A stretch of DNA of 55,378 nucleotides, taken from positions 1-55,378 of the forward strand of contig JAWODS010000209.1 of the NCBI GenBank assembly GCA_046483205.1, read 5' to 3'. The translations under genes were made by a program, and so were the position numbers. The stretch is from Armatimonadota bacterium (lineage in GTDB: Bacteria > Armatimonadota > Zipacnadia > Zipacnadales > UBA11051). Every line of letters starts with the position of its first letter. Positions within the stretch are counted from its first letter, which is position 1. The notes under the pieces were generated by a model. That model was not told the DNA's origin, ran no database searches, and saw only the letters and a list, made by a program, of their open reading frames with translations. Shown here piece by piece: positions 18,611-26,224 of the stretch.

Positions 18611-19444
18611 GTGTGGAAGGTACCGGGCCTGCTGCTGTTGAAGATAAGAGAGGAAGGCTTGAAGACAGGGGAGGTGATGCCAGTGGCCAGAGACGAGCCA
18701 CCAAAGCACAGCGGCATAATTGGCAGCCTGGTCGCACCGGCCCCCATGATTGTCGCCGCGGTCACCGTCGGCGGGGCCCTTTTGCTGTCACCCTGGGTGC
18801 TGGTGGTGGGCGTACCGGCCTGGGGGCTGGCCGTTGTCGCAACCATTTTTGGCGAGCTCAAGGACCGCGCGCAACAGAGTATCGAACGCGACCGCCAGAT
18901 AGCGGCCCTGCCACCGGAGCTTCAGGAGATGGCGAGGCGTATTGAGCGGACCGTCGAACGGATCCATGAGACTATCGACACCTCTGATGATGACGTACGC
19001 TACATGATGGTGAATCTGCAGACCGAGGTTCGTGAGCTCGCCGACAGCTCGCGGGATTTACTAGGCTCCGCCCGGCACATGCACGAATATCTGCAGGAGC
19101 ATCCCCCGGAGGCGCTTCAGGAGCAGCGCCGCCGGTTGCGAGAGCGACTGAAGCAGGCCGACGATCAGGGTACACGCGACCAACTGCAGGAGACGCTGCA
19201 GGAGCTCGACGAGCAGATTGAGACCCGGGAGCGCATCCGGGCACTCCAGCAACGGACCGAAGCAGCCCTCAGCAACATTGATGCATCGCTCGGCACCGTT
19301 CACGCACACGTCATCCAGCTCTCATCCAATAACATGTCGGGAGTGCCCGCAGAGCGGGGACCGATGCAGGAGCTCGACGAGGTGCGCGGCTCCGTCGCCG
19401 CCCTGCAGGAGGTCATTGGCAGCGAAATGTCGCAGACAGTCTGA
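18611..19444 (+). CDS. hypothetical membrane-anchored coiled-coil protein (2 TM helices plus a charged helical domain of about 190 aa)
   Basis: The TM segments are IIGSLVAPAPMIVAAVTVGGALLL and WVLVVGVPAWGLAVVATIFG. A heptad-like E/R/Q/L-rich sequence follows. The likely true start is GTG at 18683, 8 nt after GGAGG, or ATG at 18677. I recognised no family-defining motif. Confidence 0.6.
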   Translation: MWKVPGLLLLKIREEGLKTGEVMPVARDEPPKHSGIIGSLVAPAPMIVAAVTVGGALLLSPWVLVVGVPAWGLAVVATIFGELKDRAQQSIERDRQIAALPPELQEMARRIERTVERIHETIDTSDDDVRYMMVNLQTEVRELADSSRDLLGSARHMHEYLQEHPPEALQEQRRRLRERLKQADDQGTRDQLQETLQELDEQIETRERIRALQQRTEAALSNIDASLGTVHAHVIQLSSNNMSGVPAERGPMQELDEVRGSVAALQEVIGSEMSQTV

Positions 19445-19585
19445 AGCTGTAGGCCTGTTTTGTGTGATGCAGGGAATCCAGTGAGGGCGGACAATGCAGC
19501 ATTCCGTGTTGGTGACAGGCGGCGTTTGACCGGCCAGTAGCGCTGAAAACAACATCGAAGCACGACTATCAGGGAGGCGTTTGCC

Positions 19586-20353
19586 ATGTGGCGGCGTATA
19601 AAGATGATCTTTCGGTCCATGTTCGGCTGGATGATACGGGGAGCGGAAAACCCCGAAATGATCCTGCGGCAGCACATGGAGGACCTCCGCGACCGGCTGC
19701 CTGAACTCAACAGGCAGGTTGCCGAGGTGATAAAGCTGGAGAAGATGTTGGAGATGCAGCGCGACCGGCTGCAGAAGAAGGTAGAGGACCTGGACAGGCA
19801 GGTCACTGAGGCGGTTAAAATGGGTGAGAATCACAAGGAGGCCGCCAAGACGCTCATCGCCGCTCTTCAAACCGCCCGCCAGGACCTCGAGGAGACAGAG
19901 GCGCAGCTTGAGCAGGCGAAAAAGAACTCCGGACAGACGATGAAGATGCGCGACGCCTATGAGCGGAAGATCAAGCGTGACATCCAGGAAGCGATGCGCC
20001 AGATCTCCCGGGCGAAACGCGCCGAAATCCAGGAAGAAATGTCCTCACTGCTGGCATCCTTTGAAATCGGCGACGAAAGTGACGTCCTCGACCGGATGAC
20101 CGAGCGCATTGATGAAAAAATGGCGCGAGGCGAGGCGCGCACGGAGGTCGCCCAAAGCACGGTGGATGTGCAGATGATGGACATCGAGGCCGCCGCGGTG
20201 GAGACCGAGGCCGAACAGATGTACCGCGAATACCAGCGACAACTTGGCCTTGTCGAAGACGAAGAGCCCACCGACCGGACGATGGAGCCGGTGGAGACCG
20301 ACAGCGAACAACAGGAGCCGCCTGAGACGGAAATAACCACCGAAGAAGGGTAA
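19586..20353 (+). CDS. pspA: PspA/IM30 family protein (phage-shock protein A / Vipp1 / LiaH family; ESCRT-III superfamily)
   Basis: 255 aa. The N-terminus FRSMFGWMIRGAENPEMILRQHMEDLRDRL aligns with E. coli PspA [37 protein letters not shown]. It has a long coiled coil and the conserved late segment DVLDRMTERIDEKMARGEA. SD GGGAGG lies 8 nt upstream. Confidence 0.85.
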   Translation: MWRRIKMIFRSMFGWMIRGAENPEMILRQHMEDLRDRLPELNRQVAEVIKLEKMLEMQRDRLQKKVEDLDRQVTEAVKMGENHKEAAKTLIAALQTARQDLEETEAQLEQAKKNSGQTMKMRDAYERKIKRDIQEAMRQISRAKRAEIQEEMSSLLASFEIGDESDVLDRMTERIDEKMARGEARTEVAQSTVDVQMMDIEAAAVETEAEQMYREYQRQLGLVEDEEPTDRTMEPVETDSEQQEPPETEITTEEG

Positions 20354-20359
20354 GCCACC

Positions 20360-22081
20360 ATGAGCGGGAGGCACGATAGCGATACCCTCGAAAAATGGCC
20401 CGAGTGGGCCCTGAATATCAGGCGCAGCTACCTCTCCGGGGCCGCCTCGGTGTTTCTGCTGCACGGCGTCCGCGACAGTATCTCCTTTCGCGGCCGTTTC
20501 GTGCCGCTCAGTGATTTCCTCAATTACGCCTTCTGCGGGGACAAAACCACCGTGTATTACGATGTTGCACGGGGCATAAGCTTCCCGTCACCGGAGGATG
20601 AAAAGGAATTCAGGCGGTTTGTGGATGTGTACAGCAGGCGCAGCGGGGTGGCTGTGGACCTGAGGGAAAGCTACCGTCCGGAGATTGCCATTCCGCTGCT
20701 GGAGTCATTTCTCACCACCCGCGATGGCGCGGGAGTGATTATTGATTATGTCGAGAAACTGGCGCCGCGCGAAGAGGAGCGGTTCATGAGCTTCAGCCAG
20801 CGCCGGTTGGTCACGACGCTGCAGCGCTGGGGAAGCGATCCTCGGCTGGTGCGGCGCAACAATTTCGTCTTCATGATCGCCGAAGCCCTCACCGAAGTCC
20901 ACGAGGACCTGTATAACGGGACGGGTGGAACGAAGGTCGTCAGCCTGCCCCTGCCGGATTATGACGAGCGGCTGGAGTTCATCAACTTCGCCGTTGAAAG
21001 CGAGGACCTCGGTGGCGACTGTCACCTCGACATCTCACGGGAGGCCCTGGCGACGAATACCGACGGCCTCACCCGGGTGCAGATCGGCCGGCTTATCCAG
21101 CGGGCGGTGGGTGACGGCGAAACCCTCAGCCTCCGCCACACCTCGGAGTACAAGCGGGAGGTCATACAGTCCGAAATTGGTGACCTCGTGGCCTTCATGC
21201 AGCCGGAGCTGGGGCTGGACGCCGTGGCAGGCGTCGAACGGCAAAAGCGGCTGCTGGTGCAGACTGCCGAAGCCTTGCGGGAGGGACGAAAGGATATCGT
21301 TCCGAAGGGCATTCTGCTGGTGGGGCCACCGGGATGTGGAAAGACCTTCACCATGGAGTGTTTCGCCCATGACGCAGGTATCCCGTTTGTGCAGCTCCGC
21401 AATATCTTCAGCAAGTACGTGGGCTCAACGGAGAGCAATCTCGAGCGCGTATTTCACTACCTGAACGCCCTGGCGCCCGTATTCGTGTTCATTGACGAGT
21501 TCGACCAGTCGTACGGCAGGCGCGTCACCAGTGACACGGACAGCGGGGTCACCAGGCGTGTTTTTGGGATGTTCAACTCGTTTCTGGCCGATGAAAGCCA
21601 CCAGGGGCGGATTCTGTTCGGCGCGGCAACCAACAGGCCCGATCTGATCGATCCCTCCACCATGCGGGCCGGGCGCTTTGACATGAAGCTGCCGTTTTTG
21701 CTGCCCGGTGAAGAGGCCCGGAGCGCGATATTGCACGTCAGCATGAAGACGCTGGGAATCGAGCACGAGGGGCTGGACCTGGCCGGGATTCCAGAAAAGA
21801 CGCAGGGATACTCCGGCGCCGACCTCAAGGAGCTGTGTAAAGTGGCCCAGCGCCAGGCGGCCTTCGATGGACGCAGGGAGGTAGGGCTGCAAGACCTGGA
21901 GTTCGCCGTCGAGGACTACATCACCCCGACCGCGTCACGGCGTGATGAAATACGCTACATGGAGCTTCTGGCCGTTACCGCCTGCACCTCGCGCTCGCTT
22001 TTGCCGGAACAATACCTGTCCGCCATTGATTCGGGCACGATTTTTGAGGACCTGCGCGAGCTTGAGACGCTCGTTCGGTAG
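20360..22081 (+). CDS. classical-clade AAA+ ATPase with an uncharacterised N-terminal region of about 300 aa
   Basis: 573 aa. It has Walker A GPPGCGKT (21323-21346), Walker B VFVFIDEFD, sensor-1/SRH ATNRPDLIDPSTMRAGRFD and YSGADLKELC. It has no GAFTGA loop and no C-terminal HTH. It starts 6 nt after the pspA stop. Confidence 0.88.
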   Translation: MSGRHDSDTLEKWPEWALNIRRSYLSGAASVFLLHGVRDSISFRGRFVPLSDFLNYAFCGDKTTVYYDVARGISFPSPEDEKEFRRFVDVYSRRSGVAVDLRESYRPEIAIPLLESFLTTRDGAGVIIDYVEKLAPREEERFMSFSQRRLVTTLQRWGSDPRLVRRNNFVFMIAEALTEVHEDLYNGTGGTKVVSLPLPDYDERLEFINFAVESEDLGGDCHLDISREALATNTDGLTRVQIGRLIQRAVGDGETLSLRHTSEYKREVIQSEIGDLVAFMQPELGLDAVAGVERQKRLLVQTAEALREGRKDIVPKGILLVGPPGCGKTFTMECFAHDAGIPFVQLRNIFSKYVGSTESNLERVFHYLNALAPVFVFIDEFDQSYGRRVTSDTDSGVTRRVFGMFNSFLADESHQGRILFGAATNRPDLIDPSTMRAGRFDMKLPFLLPGEEARSAILHVSMKTLGIEHEGLDLAGIPEKTQGYSGADLKELCKVAQRQAAFDGRREVGLQDLEFAVEDYITPTASRRDEIRYMELLAVTACTSRSLLPEQYLSAIDSGTIFEDLRELETLVR

Positions 22082-22201
22082 CCGCTGGAAACCTTTTGCC
22101 CTCTGGCGGCGTTCAAATCATCGGTGAGATACCCCGGGGGCCATATATAGAGTTGAGAGCCCGGGCGAGGAGCATACGTTGACAAAGGACAGTCATTATT
22201 C

Positions 22202-23008
22202 GTGAAAAGCTTCACAAGGCTCTGGCGCTGGCGCCAGGCTGTATCATATCTGGTCAAACGCGATCTGAAAGTGCGGTACAAAAACTCCGCACTTGGTTTT
22301 TTCTGGTCGTTTTTGAATCCCCTCACCCAGATCATCGTCATGACCGTTGCCTTCCGCTACATCATCCAGATCGACATGCCCAATTATTCTGTGCAGCTCT
22401 TCGTTGTTTTCCTGCCGTGGATGTTTTTCATGCAGACCCTGGGTGATGGGGCAGATTGCGTGGCGCAGGATGCCGCACTCATCAAAAAATTCGCCTTCCC
22501 CCGCATAATACTGCCCATATCAAAGATGCTGTCGAACTTCGTGCACATGCTCTTCGGCTATGTGGTTCTGATTGCGATATTCATTTATCTCGACATTGTT
22601 GTGCATCCCTCGTTTGCACTCGTTCCCGTCTTTTTCGTCATCCAGATGATATTCATGCTCGGGCTGGTGCTGATATTCTCGGTTTTGCGGATGTATTATG
22701 ATGACATCCGCTTCATCCTTGAGGCGCTCCTGCGGCTGTGGTTCTATCTTACGCCGATTGCATACGATATCGAGCATGTGCTCGGTGCGTCGCAAATCGC
22801 GCCGTTTTTGAAAAAGCTGTACATCATGGCAAACCCCCTGACGCCGCTCATGATCGGCTACCGCAAGGCTCTGCTGGAGGGCGGGCAGTGGCCGATGGAG
22901 CAGTTCTGGCAGTATGTCGGGGTGTCGGCGGAGCTGTCGATACTTATCCTGGTAATAGGGCTGCTGATATGGCGGCGGCACAGCTGGCAGTTTCCGGAGC
23001 TTCTGTAA
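22202..23008 (+). CDS. ABC-2 type polysaccharide/O-antigen/teichoic-acid export permease
   Basis: 268 aa with 6 TM segments. The N-terminal VKRDLKVRYKNSALGFFWSFLNPL is the Wzm/TagG signature. Confidence 0.85.
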   Translation: MKSFTRLWRWRQAVSYLVKRDLKVRYKNSALGFFWSFLNPLTQIIVMTVAFRYIIQIDMPNYSVQLFVVFLPWMFFMQTLGDGADCVAQDAALIKKFAFPRIILPISKMLSNFVHMLFGYVVLIAIFIYLDIVVHPSFALVPVFFVIQMIFMLGLVLIFSVLRMYYDDIRFILEALLRLWFYLTPIAYDIEHVLGASQIAPFLKKLYIMANPLTPLMIGYRKALLEGGQWPMEQFWQYVGVSAELSILILVIGLLIWRRHSWQFPELL

Positions 23009-23775
23009 TGCCTGCGAACACACTTGTAGAAGTGGACAATCTGAAAAAGCGCTTCAACGTCCGCCACGAAAAGTGGACGTCGCTGAAACGGTCACTGCTG
23101 CGGCTCTTCCGGCCGTATCCGCACGAGGCATTCTGGGCACTGAAGGGCGTCTCAGTGACCATAAAGGCCGGTGAGCTCATCGGCGTTGTCGGCGTCAACG
23201 GGTCCGGGAAGAGCACACTTCTGCGGATCATCGGCGGCATTTATGTTCCGACAGAGGGCTCCGTCAACATTCACGCCCCGGTCAGCAGCCTCTTCGAGCT
23301 GGAAACCGGCTTCAATCCCCAGTTGACCGGATATGAGAACGTGTTTCTGAGCGGATCCCTGATGGGCTACAGCGGGCGGGAAATCGAGCAGGCGATGCCG
23401 GAAGTCGAAGCAATGTCGGAGCTGGAGGAGTTCCTGGAGATCCCCGTGAAGCTGTATTCATCCGGAATGCGCTTCCGGCTCGGTTTTGGTATCGCCATGT
23501 CCTTCGAACCCCAGATACTGCTGGTGGATGAGGTCCTGGCCGCGGCAGATGAGGCGTTTCAGAGAACCGCATACCGCAAGCTGGCAAGCTATCAGCAGAA
23601 GGGCGCCGCTGTCGTGCTGGTCTCACACGAGCTCGACAAAGTCAGGGAACATTGTGAACGTGTTATCTGGCTCGAAAACGGCCGCATTCGTCGCGATGGG
23701 AAGACCGATGACGTCCTTGACGCGTATTTAAAGGAGATCAACGAGGAGAATACAGGCGGGCAAGACGGTGACTGA
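23008..23775 (+). CDS. ABC transporter ATP-binding protein (Wzt/TagH-like, no C-terminal carbohydrate-binding domain)
   Basis: It has Walker A GVNGSGKST, the signature YSSGMRFRLGF and Walker B ILLVDEVL. The ATG overlaps the permease stop (TAATG). The ORF-track start at 22738 was rejected. Confidence 0.88.
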   Translation: MPANTLVEVDNLKKRFNVRHEKWTSLKRSLLRLFRPYPHEAFWALKGVSVTIKAGELIGVVGVNGSGKSTLLRIIGGIYVPTEGSVNIHAPVSSLFELETGFNPQLTGYENVFLSGSLMGYSGREIEQAMPEVEAMSELEEFLEIPVKLYSSGMRFRLGFGIAMSFEPQILLVDEVLAAADEAFQRTAYRKLASYQQKGAAVVLVSHELDKVREHCERVIWLENGRIRRDGKTDDVLDAYLKEINEENTGGQDGD

Positions 23776-25171
23776 GACACCGGAGCTGCAAAGGGAGAAC
23801 GAAAATGGTTCCCTGCCGGGCCCCGGAGTGCGGTGGCTTTGGGCGATAATCGTTGCGTATCTGCTCCTGGCAGGTGCGGCGGCGTGGATGATGCCTCTGA
23901 CACATAATGACCCGCGGTGGCCCGAACAAACGCGTCAGAAGTTTATTCCCCCGGACGAAGAGGCCCATATTGGATATATCCAGTATCTTATTGACCACCG
24001 CAGATTGCCCGTGTTCGAGGATCCTGACGCAAACTACGAGGCCCATCAACCCCCGGTTTTTTATCTCTCCTGTATCCCTGCCTTTCTGGCCGGGCGTGCG
24101 GTGGGAGAGTTGGTAACACCCTCCGAGACGCTAATGTCCGCCGTATTCTTTGTGCGTCTGTGGTGCGTGCTGATCGGCGCGGGGGTGATATACGCAGTCT
24201 ATCTGCTGGGACTGTATCTTTTTCCGAAAAGCCACCGCCTGGCCCTTGCCGCCGCCGCTTTTGCGGCACTCCTTCCAATGCACTGGGTGAATGTGGCCGG
24301 TGTCACCAATGACGGGCTGTGCGAGCTGATGGCGACGGTGGCGCTCATAGCCGCCTGCAGCCTTTCACAAAAGCCCACGGCACGCAAGGCCATCACCCTG
24401 GGCCTCCTGATCGGCGTCGGCGTGCTGGTGAAGTCCACCATGGTCATCATGTTTGCGGTGGCTGTGTTCGCCATCGGGATGGCGAAAATTGAGGATGACG
24501 GACGTGAGAAGCTGTGGACAATGGCGAAGCTGCTGGGTACGGTATGTGGCATCGCGATACTTGTCTGTGGGTGGTGGCTTCTGCGGAACCAGCTTCTGTA
24601 CGGCGATCCGCTGGTGCAAAAAGCGTTTGTAGAGCTGTTCAGCCAGGATCGCGCCACACCACAATGGTTTTTCGACCGGGGCCTGGCTCCGTCCGGCTAT
24701 TTGATGCTGGTGGTTGTCTCGACGATCTTCAGCTACTGGGGAGTCTTCGGCCAGGCCATCGTGTATATGCCTGCGTGGTATTACCTCATCGGCTTCGCGC
24801 TGTGGCTGCCCATGTTTGTAGGCCTGCTGAAAGTATGGTGGCAGGGGCGAAAACAGGAGGATACGACGCTTTCGGCTCCCTGGGTGCTTTCAGCAGTGAC
24901 GGTGCTTCTGGCAGGGTTTGTGCTCCTGCGGTTTAATATGAGCTTTTTCCAGGCCCAGGCGCGGTACCTGTTTGTGGCGATAGGGCCGATCGCGGGGGTT
25001 TTCGTCGCCGGCTGGTGGCAGATGCTGCCGGGGCCGCGCGAACAGCGGAAACGATACTGGAGGACGGTGATGTGGGTGATCTTCGTTTGCCTCGGCGTCA
25101 TGGCGCTGGTGGCCCTGTGGAACCTCCAGCCCGGCAGCCCCATACGATTCTCGCCGATTACAGGAATGTAA
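23768..25171 (+). CDS. GT-C fold membrane glycosyltransferase (PMT/ArnT-like, GT39/GT83-type)
   Basis: 467 aa with at least 10 TM segments. The first periplasmic-loop motif is PPDEEAHIGYIQY (the DE/DD motif of GT-C enzymes). Its start overlaps the wzt stop by 8 nt. Confidence 0.7.
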   Translation: MTETPELQRENENGSLPGPGVRWLWAIIVAYLLLAGAAAWMMPLTHNDPRWPEQTRQKFIPPDEEAHIGYIQYLIDHRRLPVFEDPDANYEAHQPPVFYLSCIPAFLAGRAVGELVTPSETLMSAVFFVRLWCVLIGAGVIYAVYLLGLYLFPKSHRLALAAAAFAALLPMHWVNVAGVTNDGLCELMATVALIAACSLSQKPTARKAITLGLLIGVGVLVKSTMVIMFAVAVFAIGMAKIEDDGREKLWTMAKLLGTVCGIAILVCGWWLLRNQLLYGDPLVQKAFVELFSQDRATPQWFFDRGLAPSGYLMLVVVSTIFSYWGVFGQAIVYMPAWYYLIGFALWLPMFVGLLKVWWQGRKQEDTTLSAPWVLSAVTVLLAGFVLLRFNMSFFQAQARYLFVAIGPIAGVFVAGWWQMLPGPREQRKRYWRTVMWVIFVCLGVMALVALWNLQPGSPIRFSPITGM

Positions 25172-25430
25172 GTTGTTGCAGATGTCGCTCACAAGAGGTA
25201 GGCGACGCGACCCGCATTCCCGCGGGATAATCACTGCCCGAAGATGGATCAAAGCCCGTTTGTTGCGCTGTCTTTGGCCGTGGTTTATTATGCCTATCAA
25301 CAGTACCTTATAGAAACCAATAGGCTTAAAAAATGCCCGGATGAACCCCGAAGACTTTTATGAGCCACTGTTATCATACCTATCAAAAGTGACAACCAAC
25401 GAACATACGCACTTTACGATGAGGGATTGA

Positions 25431-26216
25431 ATGAACACGGTACCATGCGATATTCACTGCCACACGGAGCGATCCGCGTGTGCTGAAGATGTAACACTTG
25501 ACTGGTATGTGGATTTTGCAACCGAAAACCCTGACGCAGTATTCGCCATCACCGACCACAGTGCCCAGATGTTCTACCCGGATGACAATCCGTGGGGATT
25601 CTGGAGTGATGATGCGCGGGAGATATTCGAGGGATGCCGCGAGAGCGGTCGGCGGCGGATCGCGGAATATATCGCCGATATCCGTGCCGCCCAAACCGGC
25701 GGGATGCTTCTGGGCATTGAGCTCGATATGTTCCTCGACGGGACTCCGGTGCTTGATGAAAACCAGCTCGATGAGTTTGATGTGCTGCTCGGCGCGGTGC
25801 ATACATACCCCGGCGTTCGGAACGATGCTCCCGCCTCGGAGGTCATTTCGGATTATCGCCAATTCGTCGAGCGGCTGATGAGATGGGGGATTCACGTTCT
25901 CGCCCACCCCTTCCGCATACTGGCCGACTCCGGCTACGTCATCAGCGACGACCTGATAGCATGGGTGGTACAAACTGCCTCCGAGCACGACGTGGCGCTG
26001 GAGATCAACTCGCATAAGCAGTTGAGGGATACGGATATTCGAATGGCGACATTGGCGCTGGAGGCAGGAGTTCCGCTTGCTGCAGGCACCGACAGTCACC
26101 GTCTCAGTGAATTCGGAGACTTTTCGTACCATACGAAGATCGCAGAGACCCTGAGGCAAACTCCACAGAGCCTGTATTCCTGCCCGATCCGGCGCTCGGC
26201 AACCGCTGCAAAATAA
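25431..26216 (+). CDS. PHP-domain metal-dependent phosphoesterase
   Basis: 261 aa. It has the N-terminal CDIHCHTERS (HxH), then ITDH, VHTY, LAHPF and GTDSH. Confidence 0.7.
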   Translation: MNTVPCDIHCHTERSACAEDVTLDWYVDFATENPDAVFAITDHSAQMFYPDDNPWGFWSDDAREIFEGCRESGRRRIAEYIADIRAAQTGGMLLGIELDMFLDGTPVLDENQLDEFDVLLGAVHTYPGVRNDAPASEVISDYRQFVERLMRWGIHVLAHPFRILADSGYVISDDLIAWVVQTASEHDVALEINSHKQLRDTDIRMATLALEAGVPLAAGTDSHRLSEFGDFSYHTKIAETLRQTPQSLYSCPIRRSATAAK

Positions 26217-26224
26217 CCGCAAAA

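Noticed and set aside
19445-19585. Search for a sigma54 (-24 GG / -12 GC) promoter upstream of pspA, as in E. coli
   Set aside because: No TGGCAC-N5-TTGC-like element was found by eye. TTGGTGACAGGCGGCGTTTGAC does not have the GG-N10-GC spacing.
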